A stretch of DNA of 25,658 nt from Bacteroidia bacterium (GCA_038324665.1 JBBQIF010000001.1:1-25658); one strand, 5' to 3'; shown: positions 16,792-25,658, numbered from the stretch's first letter. A program made the numbers and translations. The notes: generated by a model not told the origin, from the sequence alone.

Positions 16792-17606
16792 ACATTATGT
16801 TCTCTCAATGCATCATTCAATGAGGTCTTAAGGTCAGTACTCGGTTTGCGTTTGCCAATAATAATAGCACAAGGTACATGGTATTTACCGGCAGGAAAAT
16901 CTTTTTCATAGCTGCCCGGAATCACTACACTTCTTTCAGGTACATGTCCTTTGTAAGTAATAGGTTCCGGTCCCGTTACATCAATAATTTTAGTGGATTG
17001 AGTTATAGTAACACCTGCACCTAAAACGGCTTCTTTGCCAATATGTGCGCCTTCAACCACAATACAACGAGAGCCAATAAAACAATCATCTTCAATAATT
17101 ACAGGAGCCGCTTGTATAGGTTCAAGCACACCACCAATACCAACACCACCACTTAAGTGCACGTTTTTGCCAATTTGCGCACAACTGCCAACAGTGGCCC
17201 ATGTATCCACCATGGTGCCGCTATCCACATAAGCCCCTATATTCACAAAGCAAGGCATAAGAATAACCCCTTTGTTAATGAACGCTCCATAACGAGCCAC
17301 GGAACCCATTACGGCTCTTACACCCTGACCGGCATAATCATTTTTCAAAGGTATTTTATCAAAGATCTCATAAGGACCCATTTTTTCTGTAACCATGGTT
17401 TGTATTGGGAAGTATAGAATAACCCCTTTTTTCACCCACTCATTCACTTTCCAGCCATCTGCCGAAGGTTCGGCAACCCTTATTTTACCTTTATCAAGGT
17501 TTTCAATAAGTAGTTGTATGGCTTTTTGAGTCTCAGGTTCTTTCACCAGTTCGCGATTGTCCCAGGCTTTTTCAATGATATTTTGCAAATTTTGAACTTC
17601 AGTCAT
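16782..17606 (-). CDS. dapD: 2,3,4,5-tetrahydropyridine-2,6-dicarboxylate N-succinyltransferase
   Basis: LDKGKIRVAEP, WKVNEWVKKGVILYF, FDKIPLK, VNIGAYVDSGTMVDTWATVGSCAQIGKNVHLSGGVGIGGVLEP and SLNDALR. The ATG at 17606 fits the typical length better than 17651. Confidence 0.97.
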   Translation of the reverse strand: MTEVQNLQNIIEKAWDNRELVKEPETQKAIQLLIENLDKGKIRVAEPSADGWKVNEWVKKGVILYFPIQTMVTEKMGPYEIFDKIPLKNDYAGQGVRAVMGSVARYGAFINKGVILMPCFVNIGAYVDSGTMVDTWATVGSCAQIGKNVHLSGGVGIGGVLEPIQAAPVIIEDDCFIGSRCIVVEGAHIGKEAVLGAGVTITQSTKIIDVTGPEPITYKGHVPERSVVIPGSYEKDFPAGKYHVPCAIIIGKRKPSTDLKTSLNDALREHNVAV

Positions 17607-17738
17607 ATTGATTGGATAATATATATTGCAAAGCAAATCAAAATAATTCAATCTATCCTATGTTTTTTGAAATAAAGGGTTGGAACTGTCAGATATGTTA
17701 TTCAGTAGAGTCAGAAATAGTGAAGAAATTGTGCGTTT

Positions 17739-17760
17739 TAAGAAAAACATTGTTTTCTTA
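17739..17760. promoter_or_regulatory. Perfect 8-6-8 inverted repeat in the dapD / S8 divergent intergenic region (candidate operator)
   Basis: TAAGAAAA-ACATTG-TTTTCTTA. Confidence 0.4.
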
Positions 17761-17808
17761 GGTTTTTTATACTAATTTGCATTGTTTTTTAGACTATAAC
17801 TTATTGAA

Positions 17809-20800
17809 ATGAGCCCTTACAAGAAGATAAATTTATTAATTCTACTGTTATGCCTGTATCAATTAGGGTTTGCTCAGGTATTGCCAAAATATGCGATAGT
17901 GGGCAATCAGTTTTTTAAGGATTCTTTAGCCTCTAAACTCAGTTTTGCCTATTTATATCCTCATTCTTCAGACTCTGCTTATATCAGAATATTTGACAAT
18001 GGCATTAAATACAATGAAGATATCTTAAAAAATCTTCAGCCTATAAAGTTTTCACAAAAGATCAATTATCAATGGCAAAGTAAAGGAGCTGCTTATCAAA
18101 ATATCAATATTTCATTTTTTGATTATTCTACCCTCAATGTAGTTCAATCCATGTTTGGTATCATTGATATTCAAGGCATTTTGCTTTCTGTTAGAGTGCC
18201 TTATCTTAGTGTTAGAGCGAGCGTAAGAGAGGATGAGATAGTAAGATTGGCAGCCATGGAAGGGGTAAAATTCATTACATTCACACCGCCGGCTGTAAGG
18301 GAAATTAACTTTGTTGAGCGCACCAATCATAGAGTTTCGCAATTCTCACCGAATTTTCCGGCTACTTCTTATTTAACAGGTCGCGGTATTTCAATGGGTG
18401 AATGGGATGGTGGGGATGTAGGCAATCATATAGACTTTGACAGCAGGTTAACAGTAGTTAAAAAATTAGGTATCAATAGTCATGCTACCCACGTAGCAGG
18501 TACGATGGCAGGCGCAGGAAACTTAGAACCGAATGCAAGAGGCATGGCGCCGGAAGCCAAAATATACAGTTGGGATTTTAACGGCGATATAGCAGTGGAG
18601 ATGGACACCAACCAAAAAAAATATGGTTATGTCCTTACTCAAAACTCTTATGGTTACTGGACCAACGATTGTGCAGATTTTGCCCTATATGATGCTACTA
18701 GTACTGATTTTGACCATCTTTCAATAAAATTTCCTGATCTTTTGCACGTCTATGCAGCAGGCAATTCAAGGGGTATGAACTGTCTTGCTGGTGGTTATAA
18801 AACCATTTTACCAGGCTTTCAGAGCGCTAAAAACACCATTTCTGTCGCTGCTATTTCGAGTACCGATGGAGATTCCTATTTTAGTTGTGCTGGCCCTACT
18901 CAGGATGGACGATTCAAACCTGAGATTAGTGCAGTTGGGGTAAATGTTTATAGTACACAAAATAATAATACTTATGCAGGTGGATGGAATGGAACCTCCA
19001 TGGCCACGCCCGGTGCTTCGGGCACAATTGCCTTATTATATGAGAGGTTCAAAGCTAAATACGGATATATACCAAAGAACTATTTGGGCAAAAATATTAT
19101 TTCAAATACTGCAGATGATATTGGTAATGTTGGTCCAGATTACCTGTTTGGCTTTGGAAGAATTAACGGGCAGGCAGCAGTAAATTTAATAGACTCAGGT
19201 TTTTGGCGAATCGATAGTGTTGCCAATAGTGGCAATTATTTCGATACAATTTACCTGCCCGGCAATTTGAATGAGTTGAGGGCCATGCTCACCTGGAACG
19301 ATATTGAAGTAAATCCATCGACCAATCCTATTTTGGTAAACGATCTTGATTTAACCATTACAGATTCAGCAGGTATAGTTTATTCAACTTGGTGGTGCAA
19401 TCCTGCTATACCCAGTGCCCTTGCTATTCGCAAACGAGACAGCATTAATAACATTGAACAGGTAACCATCAAGAATCCTTTAAAAGGACGTTATATTATC
19501 AAAGTATCAGGCAAAAAAATACCTTTTGGTAAACAGGCATTCGCAATTACATGGGTGAAGGAATCCAAGGGATTAACTGTTGTTTACCCTAATGGTAAAG
19601 AAACGATAGAGTCCCCTTCATCTGCTGCTAAATCGCAACTTATCCGATGGGATAGTAAAGGAGTAACTGGAACTTACACCTTGTCTTTTTCAAGGGACAG
19701 TGGTGCATCATGGCAAGCAATTGCTTCCAATATTCCCAACACACAGAATTATTACAATTGGCAAACTTTGGCCGATACAGTGAACACTGGGAGAGCCCTA
19801 ATAAAAATTAGCAATGGTACTGTAAGTGATGTTTCAAATGATGTTTTTAATATTACCGCACCTATCACAGGATTAACCACCCTAGTATGCGATAGTCAGG
19901 TGTATTTAAGGTGGAGACTATCTCCGAATGCAGCATTTTATAGGGTGTTTATGTTGGTAAATGGCAAAATGCAACAAATGGGTACGCCAACAGATACCGG
20001 CTTCCTAATTGCAAAACTTAACAATGGTAAACCTTATTGGTTTGCTGTTTCATCAAGTGGTAAAAATGGGGCAGAAAGTCAGCGTTGCGTCGCTATTAGC
20101 GCCACTCCTAACAATACCAACCTTCCTCCGAGAATTACTATACAACCAAAGGATAGTAGTACCTGCTATTCCAATATTTTCTATGAGAAATCTAAAGCGA
20201 TTGGCACCAATCCTTTGACTTCATTGTGGGAATACAGCAATAATGGTGGGATGACGTGGAGCGGCATTTCTAATTTTAATGATTCGGTTAATTTTAAACT
20301 TTTCGTTGCTGATTTTTCCTATTCAGTAAGGAGAAGTTACAGGAATATTTGCCTCGCCCCAGTTTATACAAGGAATGCTGTTATAAGACTGGATTCAATT
20401 CTTAATGTCCAATTTTTCAATAAGGATACTATCGTTTGCAAAGGCAGTATAACTTTAGATTCTGTTAAGGTAATCAGCAAAATACCATCTACAATTTCTT
20501 GGTATAATGATTCATTGTCCTATTCTTTACTTTTGCAAAAAAGCACCTTGCCTTATTTTGTCAATAAAATTAACCGACCGATTAATCTTTGGGCAGAGAT
20601 AAAAAACCTGTGTGGATCAATTAAGACTAAAGATTTAACCAAACCAGCCAAAACCAACGGTCGGAATGATTATACCTTATTTCCTGCTCCTGTTATTACA
20701 ATAAAGGATACCTTTATTGCATGTGTTGGTGAGACAATTAAGATTAGTCCTACTCTTAGTGGTGGCAGACCGGGGTTCCAGAAATTGTTGTTTAAGACAG

Positions 20801-22584
20801 AAGATTCAGCTTATTTACAGAATAGTTTAAGCAAAAAGATTACACACAATCAAACAGTAACACTTTATTATTTTGACAATTGTTACCCGGATACCACGGT
20901 TAAAAAAGTATATATAAAAATGCGCGATCCTTTAAAGGTTGATCTTTTGAATGATTCAACTATTTGCTTTGGCAGTCAGGGTGCACTAAAGGCCTATGCT
21001 AGTGGTGGAAGCGGAAGCTATAGTTATTTTTGGAGTGATAAGGGTTTTGCTTTTAAGGTAAGACTAGTTACATTGCAACAAACCAAAATGTTTAAAGTGA
21101 CGGTGACAGACAATTGTACTGAAAAACCAGCCTCTGATTCTGTTACCATAAATGTTTTACCTGCATTGAAATTCTCACTCGAAGTAAACAATGATACTTT
21201 GTGCAGTGGCAATGTTTTAAAATTCAAATTAACTCCTCAGGGTGGCAGGTTAAGTACAAGGGTTATAACTTGGGGAGATAATAACCTGAGCGGAGATACA
21301 CCGAGTATCGTGCCAGAAAAATCAACTGTTTATACGGTTAGGTTGAGTGATGGGTGCAGTTTAGAAGCTTATGATACTATTCCAATATTTCTGTGGGATC
21401 CTTTGAAAATTAAGATTGATCCTGTGGATACGTTGTGCAATGGTAAGGCCGTAAATCTGTCAGCACAATACACTGGTGGCCTACCTTCCAAACAGGTTAT
21501 TCAGTGGCTGCCTATTGCTAAAACAGGGCAAAATGTAAGTTATACACCTTTAGTTTCACAAAATATCATAGCCCTTATTTCGGATGGATGTACTACACCC
21601 GGCATGAGCGACACAATGAAAATATATGCTTATGAACCCTTGCAATTAATAGAGAATAATGATACGATGACGTGCTATGGAAAAGCCTTACCATTGACTT
21701 TTAATAGTGCAGGAGGTAAAACAAATTCATTGAAATATTATTGGGGAAATGAAAAAACAAATGTAATCTGGGCAGATTCATTTCAAACCAAAACATACAC
21801 CTGCTCCTTGGCAGATGGTTGCAATGATTCTTTATCAAAAACCATCCATGTGATTGTCACACCGAAATTAAATATATCACCAGTACTTATTAAAAAATGT
21901 AGTTACAGCGATTTGCCGGTGAACTTTGTTGTTAATTCAGCCTTGCCTTCAAATGTTACCTGGGATAATCTTCCTGGAGGTAAAAACCAGTTGTTTAAAG
22001 ATACGAAAAGTGCAAATTACATGGCTACTATTTCTGATGGTTGCAGTGATACGAGTATGGTAAATGTTCAGATGATCGTCAGTGATTTTTCAGCAAATAA
22101 TTTTGATATTGAACAAGTTATTTTAAAGACGGTTGACTTAAAAGCGGATAAAAATAGCTATAAGAATTTTATCAATTGGGGCGATGGATTCCAGACTGTG
22201 GAAAATGAGCCAAAGGCCATGCATAACTACCAAAATTATGGTAAATTCAGCATTTGTAAAATTCAACAGGATGATATCTTCTGTTCTGATACAATTTGTA
22301 AAACTATTGATAATTCCGATCCAGCCAAGTTTAAGGATTATAAGATTTCCATTTACCCTAACCCTGTAAAAGACGAACTTCATTTTGCCATGAACCAGTT
22401 ATCGGGCGAAATATTTGTCCAGATAACGGATGCCACTGGCAAGAATATTTTCCAGGATGATTTGGTTTACCCACCATTCAAGGACTACAATATCCACCTT
22501 GCAGGGATAGCTTCAGGAGTTTATACCCTTAAGGTTATTTGCAACGGTGAGTTGTTTACTGCGAAGTTTGTTAAAGTTGAGTAA
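17809..22584 (+). CDS. Subtilisin-like S8 serine protease with Ig/FN3-like repeats, a PKD-like domain and T9SS type A CTD
   Basis: Signal peptide ending GFA-Q. Triad: GEWDGG (Asp 18406), HATHVAGT (His 18481) and GTSMATP (Ser 18997), with oxyanion AAGN (18763). Also FGFGRING, about six DGC-type repeats, and CTD IYPNPVKD...ASGVYTLKV...KFVKVE. Confidence 0.92.
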   Translation: MSPYKKINLLILLLCLYQLGFAQVLPKYAIVGNQFFKDSLASKLSFAYLYPHSSDSAYIRIFDNGIKYNEDILKNLQPIKFSQKINYQWQSKGAAYQNINISFFDYSTLNVVQSMFGIIDIQGILLSVRVPYLSVRASVREDEIVRLAAMEGVKFITFTPPAVREINFVERTNHRVSQFSPNFPATSYLTGRGISMGEWDGGDVGNHIDFDSRLTVVKKLGINSHATHVAGTMAGAGNLEPNARGMAPEAKIYSWDFNGDIAVEMDTNQKKYGYVLTQNSYGYWTNDCADFALYDATSTDFDHLSIKFPDLLHVYAAGNSRGMNCLAGGYKTILPGFQSAKNTISVAAISSTDGDSYFSCAGPTQDGRFKPEISAVGVNVYSTQNNNTYAGGWNGTSMATPGASGTIALLYERFKAKYGYIPKNYLGKNIISNTADDIGNVGPDYLFGFGRINGQAAVNLIDSGFWRIDSVANSGNYFDTIYLPGNLNELRAMLTWNDIEVNPSTNPILVNDLDLTITDSAGIVYSTWWCNPAIPSALAIRKRDSINNIEQVTIKNPLKGRYIIKVSGKKIPFGKQAFAITWVKESKGLTVVYPNGKETIESPSSAAKSQLIRWDSKGVTGTYTLSFSRDSGASWQAIASNIPNTQNYYNWQTLADTVNTGRALIKISNGTVSDVSNDVFNITAPITGLTTLVCDSQVYLRWRLSPNAAFYRVFMLVNGKMQQMGTPTDTGFLIAKLNNGKPYWFAVSSSGKNGAESQRCVAISATPNNTNLPPRITIQPKDSSTCYSNIFYEKSKAIGTNPLTSLWEYSNNGGMTWSGISNFNDSVNFKLFVADFSYSVRRSYRNICLAPVYTRNAVIRLDSILNVQFFNKDTIVCKGSITLDSVKVISKIPSTISWYNDSLSYSLLLQKSTLPYFVNKINRPINLWAEIKNLCGSIKTKDLTKPAKTNGRNDYTLFPAPVITIKDTFIACVGETIKISPTLSGGRPGFQKLLFKTEDSAYLQNSLSKKITHNQTVTLYYFDNCYPDTTVKKVYIKMRDPLKVDLLNDSTICFGSQGALKAYASGGSGSYSYFWSDKGFAFKVRLVTLQQTKMFKVTVTDNCTEKPASDSVTINVLPALKFSLEVNNDTLCSGNVLKFKLTPQGGRLSTRVITWGDNNLSGDTPSIVPEKSTVYTVRLSDGCSLEAYDTIPIFLWDPLKIKIDPVDTLCNGKAVNLSAQYTGGLPSKQVIQWLPIAKTGQNVSYTPLVSQNIIALISDGCTTPGMSDTMKIYAYEPLQLIENNDTMTCYGKALPLTFNSAGGKTNSLKYYWGNEKTNVIWADSFQTKTYTCSLADGCNDSLSKTIHVIVTPKLNISPVLIKKCSYSDLPVNFVVNSALPSNVTWDNLPGGKNQLFKDTKSANYMATISDGCSDTSMVNVQMIVSDFSANNFDIEQVILKTVDLKADKNSYKNFINWGDGFQTVENEPKAMHNYQNYGKFSICKIQQDDIFCSDTICKTIDNSDPAKFKDYKISIYPNPVKDELHFAMNQLSGEIFVQITDATGKNIFQDDLVYPPFKDYNIHLAGIASGVYTLKVICNGELFTAKFVKVE

Positions 22585-22605
22585 ACTGTTAGTTGTAATA
22601 GTTAG

Positions 22606-22636
22606 AATTCTACCATAATTTGTGATAATTCTACCA
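22606..22636 (+). promoter_or_regulatory. Direct repeat pair with 21-bp period (candidate regulator site)
   Basis: AATTCTACCA at 22606-22615 and 22627-22636, upstream of the YCF48-like gene. Confidence 0.45.
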
Positions 22637-22685
22637 CGTTAAGTACTAATTTTAAATGGATTTTTGTACCAATATAATTAATACT

Positions 22686-23945
22686 ATGAAAAATAAAATT
22701 CTTTTAACATTCGTATTGTTGATTTGTGTACATCGCACAAACGGACAAGATTACTGGAAGCCCATTGCAACTAATTTGAGTAATGATTTGTACAGTGTTT
22801 CATTTGGGGATGAACAAACTGGATATATATGCGGTAGTGATAGCCTATTGCTCAAAAGTATAGATGGAGGTAAAATATGGAACAGGGTTAAAATAAAAGG
22901 AATTGTTTTCAAACCCAACTGGGGGAACGACCTGGTAGATGTAAAATTCGTAAGCACCCAAGTGGGTTATATTGTTCAAGGTAATCATGCGAACCCTATT
23001 TACCAAGGCGTCTTATACAAAACTACGGATGGAGGACTAACATGGACACCCAATAGCAATGTCAATATTGCACCACGAAAAATATTTTACTTTAACGAAG
23101 ACAATGGCTATCAAGTGGGTTCAGCCTTTTTTCAAGGGAAAATGGTAGGGAAACAGGTGAAAGGTAACTGGCAGAATATTAATGGGTTTTCATGGAATCC
23201 TGCTGAGGCAATTAACGCCATTGATTTTTATGATACATTTACTGGCATTATTGGCGGAGATTCAGGGTATGTTTATAGGACATTTGATGGGGGTATAAGT
23301 TGGGATACGGTGAAGGCCTCAATAGGTCATAGCATTTTATGTTTGCGATATCTTTCCCGATATATAATTATAGGGGGAACTGCTCATATTCCGGGTTACG
23401 CAAGTACAATTTTTAGTATTGATGGGGGAAAGGCGTGGGTTGAAAGTCCAAGCTTGTTTGTAGGATACCATCCAGAAATACATGAAATTATTAAGTCCAA
23501 GAGAGACTCAGTGATAAGTGTTGGTGAGATAAATCAGAAAAAAGGTTTTATAGAATGGATGTCAGTCCCTAATAAACTTGACACTGCTTTCACTGTTCAT
23601 CCGCTGAATTCAGCCACAATGAAGAATGATTCCATTGCATTTATAGTTGGCGATAGTGGTGCGATACTTTGCAATGGGTTTTATGAAACCAATAGTATTT
23701 CCAATCTGCATAAATTGCCATTAACAAGTGTATTTCCTAATCCTGTTTCTTATATGCTGACAATTCAAAGTGAAGGGAATTTAGACTTTCAATTATTGAG
23801 CATGGATGGACGCCTGGTTGAATCAGTTACTAATTGTAACAAAGAATACCGAATAGATGCCTCCGGCTATGCTAAAGGGGTTTACCATTTGAGATTGGTA
23901 TATAAAGACAACCAATCGCAGATTTTTAAGGTTGTTATAGAGTAA
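22686..23945 (+). CDS. YCF48/BNR-repeat beta-propeller protein with T9SS type A CTD
   Basis: Signal peptide ending TNG-Q, repeats LKSIDGGKIW, YKTTDGGLTW, YRTFDGGISW and FSIDGGKAW, and CTD VFPNPVS...KGVYHLRL...FKVVIE. The ATG at 22686 is preferred over 22656. Confidence 0.88.
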   Translation: MKNKILLTFVLLICVHRTNGQDYWKPIATNLSNDLYSVSFGDEQTGYICGSDSLLLKSIDGGKIWNRVKIKGIVFKPNWGNDLVDVKFVSTQVGYIVQGNHANPIYQGVLYKTTDGGLTWTPNSNVNIAPRKIFYFNEDNGYQVGSAFFQGKMVGKQVKGNWQNINGFSWNPAEAINAIDFYDTFTGIIGGDSGYVYRTFDGGISWDTVKASIGHSILCLRYLSRYIIIGGTAHIPGYASTIFSIDGGKAWVESPSLFVGYHPEIHEIIKSKRDSVISVGEINQKKGFIEWMSVPNKLDTAFTVHPLNSATMKNDSIAFIVGDSGAILCNGFYETNSISNLHKLPLTSVFPNPVSYMLTIQSEGNLDFQLLSMDGRLVESVTNCNKEYRIDASGYAKGVYHLRLVYKDNQSQIFKVVIE

Positions 23946-24045
23946 CAAATATTATCGACATGGTTTCAGGAACTCCTTTCTGAAGTAACTTATTTACAAT
24001 AAATTTACTAAAACAATTATTGAATAACCATGCCTTCTCAAACAC

Positions 24046-25239
24046 TCAAAATAAATCCCTTGGATCCATCTTAAAAAATGTTTCAAGAGGTATGCCATTT
24101 CTACCGCCTATTAGGATCGTTTTTGCCTTTGGATATTGTTTCAAGAAAGAGGAGTGGTTTACCTCCTTTTTTTCCAAGTTGCTTTTTACCTCAATGCACA
24201 CGATTCGTTTATCTTTTTGCAAAACAAAATCAACTTCTTCGTTTCCTTCACGCCAATAGGTAAGGGAATATCTTCCCTCTATGGATTGGTTATAAAGATA
24301 AGCCCCCACAGCAGATTCTGTTATCCTTCCCCAAAGTTGGCGGTCGGCAATAGCCTCTTTTAATGTATGAGGGTAATAGGCACTCATCAAGGCGGTATTT
24401 TGCACTAGAAATTTTGGCGAAGCACTGCGCTGTCTTATTTTATTAAATGAAAATTTTTCGAGACCAGATAATAGGCCAGCGGTATCCAAGAGACTCACAT
24501 AATTGGATAAGGTTGTTGTATTACCTGCATCTTTAAGTTGTCCCAATATTTTTGTAAAGGAAAGTATTTGGCCGGAATAACTGCATCCGAGTTCAAATAA
24601 TTTTTTCATCAATGCAGGTTTGTCGATGCGCGTAAGCATCAAAATATCTTTTGAAATGGCTGGTTCAATTATAGCATCTGAAATATAGTTTTTCCATCGC
24701 TCTTCATCGCGCATAATGCCAGCCGCACCGGGATAGGCGCCAAACCAAATATATTCATTAAGGGAAACTTTAAAGGCTTCTTGCATTTCGGTATAACTCC
24801 AATGGCTTATATAGTGTTTTTCGAACCTACCTAGTAATGATTCAGTGAGGCCTTGTTGCACTAGTATCCTGGAAGATCCAAGCAGCATAATTTTGATTGG
24901 AATTTCATCGGCAGTATCCTGATCCCAGAATTGCTTTACTACCTCACTCCAATTGTCTATTTTTTGTATTTCGTCAATTACAAGAATATAAGGTTTGGTC
25001 GGCACTTGTTTTTGTATTATTCGGGCCATTTCCCATTGTGTGGCTAGCCATTGACCATCTGCATTTGAAATATTATCAGCAGTAATATAGGTACCCGGTT
25101 CTTTGAGAGATTTTAAAAGCTGTTTTGCCATGGTTGTTTTGCCAACTTGCCGCGGCCCAACGAGTACCTGTATGAATGAACGTGGTTCTTTCAAACGCTC
25201 TACTAATTTCGCTTGACTGTTGCGTATGATCTGTTTCAT
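24046..25239 (-). CDS. AAA_14 / DUF4143-type ATP-binding protein (AAA+ ATPase, wHTH, PD-(D/E)xK-like C-terminus)
   Basis: Walker A GPRQVGKT, Walker B LVIDEIQ, LLGSS, GAYP, wHTH-like SFTKILGQLKDAGNTTTLSNYVSLL, GRITESAV and EVDFV...IEVKS. The ATG at 25239 is preferred because the ORF-caller start at 25257 overlaps the promoter. Confidence 0.92.
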   Translation of the reverse strand: MKQIIRNSQAKLVERLKEPRSFIQVLVGPRQVGKTTMAKQLLKSLKEPGTYITADNISNADGQWLATQWEMARIIQKQVPTKPYILVIDEIQKIDNWSEVVKQFWDQDTADEIPIKIMLLGSSRILVQQGLTESLLGRFEKHYISHWSYTEMQEAFKVSLNEYIWFGAYPGAAGIMRDEERWKNYISDAIIEPAISKDILMLTRIDKPALMKKLFELGCSYSGQILSFTKILGQLKDAGNTTTLSNYVSLLDTAGLLSGLEKFSFNKIRQRSASPKFLVQNTALMSAYYPHTLKEAIADRQLWGRITESAVGAYLYNQSIEGRYSLTYWREGNEEVDFVLQKDKRIVCIEVKSNLEKKEVNHSSFLKQYPKAKTILIGGRNGIPLETFFKMDPRDLF

Positions 25240-25246
25240 AACATTA

Positions 25247-25277
25247 CAAAGATACATTTATTTTCATATTTAATCAA
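25247..25277 (-). promoter_or_regulatory. -33/-7 promoter of the AAA/DUF4143 gene
   Basis: Minus strand TTG (25277-25275), a 20-nt spacer, then TATCTTTG (25254-25247), 7 nt before the ATG. Confidence 0.7.
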
Positions 25278-25402
25278 TTACTAAAGTTAAAATACTTATC
25301 ATATTAAGTAAAATAACGCACTTTACTTAGTAATAATACTTAATATATTGAGTTAAACAACTAAATAAATTGAGTAAAATATTGCAAAATATTGCAATTA
25401 AT
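25271..25402. repeat. Phased array of 5-6 degenerate palindromes, 22-bp period
   Basis: Units start at 25271, 25293, 25315, 25337, 25359 and 25381. The core is ACTcAA-N4-TTrAGT (aligned in the findings). Confidence 0.7.
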
Positions 25403-25565
25403 TGGCAAATAGAGTGTTAAGTGCTATTTTAATGTGTATTTTTAGTGTATATATTATTGAATTCTATACCTTCTTTAGATATAATCTAGTTTTTTTCTTC
25501 AATTTATGTATTGATTGTAGTTCTTTCGTTTTTTTTAAGCAAATTTGCCCTTTACTAATATAAAG

Positions 25566-25658
25566 ATGCGCTATTCAAAAATAAAAATTGCCTGTTTAAT
25601 CTTCACCTTATTTGTTTGTCATGCTATCATGGCTCAGGGAGGTAGGATGTTCACTATG
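25566..25658 (+). CDS. N-terminus of an exported protein (truncated by the window edge)
   Basis: ATG at 25566 reads MRYSKIKIACLIFTLFVCHAIMA-QGGRMFTM, a Sec signal peptide with the A-Q cleavage typical of Bacteroidota, and stays open to the end of the window. Confidence 0.7.
   Translation, partial: MRYSKIKIACLIFTLFVCHAIMAQGGRMFTM

Noticed and set aside
22606-22636. Resemblance of AATTCTACCA to the Cas12a repeat stem (AATTTCTAC)
   Set aside because: There is no complementary GTAGA arm, only two copies, an 11-nt spacer and no cas genes.
23959-23978. Hairpin TTCAGGA...TTCTGAA between the YCF48-like and AAA genes
   Set aside because: The stem is weak with a G.U pair and has no clear U-tract, which is not enough to call a terminator.
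44-25085. Remaining short nested or antisense ORFs in the track (e.g. 44-268, 548-760, 5579-6001, 7532-7780, 8165-8431, 17035-17417, 18112-18342, 22138-22383, 24020-24363, 24897-25085)
   Set aside because: All lie within longer, motif-supported CDSs in other frames and show no independent protein signal.

Overview
AT-rich chromosomal window from a T9SS-bearing Bacteroidota organism, judged from four type-A C-terminal sorting domains, TAnnTTTG promoters and a GldL-like motif. Core or housekeeping genes: fhs, dapD, a LolC/E-type permease, a beta-CASP MBL ribonuclease, a GT4 glycosyltransferase and a TrpF-like paralog. Envelope and secreted genes: two beta-barrels, a lipoprotein, a PKD/Cys-rich T9SS protein, an S8 protease-adhesin, a YCF48-like propeller and an unknown T9SS cargo. 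Two stand-alone accessory modules are present: a mobile mystery protein A/B pair (XRE-HTH plus Fic) and an AAA_14/DUF4143-type ATPase-wHTH-nuclease. The strongest unexplained signal is a phased array of 5-6 degenerate 16-bp palindromes with an exact 22-bp period (25271-25402) running upstream from the ATPase promoter. The second is a REP-like hairpin family (ACTGAG-N5/6-CGAAGT) found in three clusters, each at a stop codon and each in the same orientation relative to transcription. No CRISPR array, rRNA, tRNA or transposase was seen. All family calls are from motif recognition by eye, not database searches.
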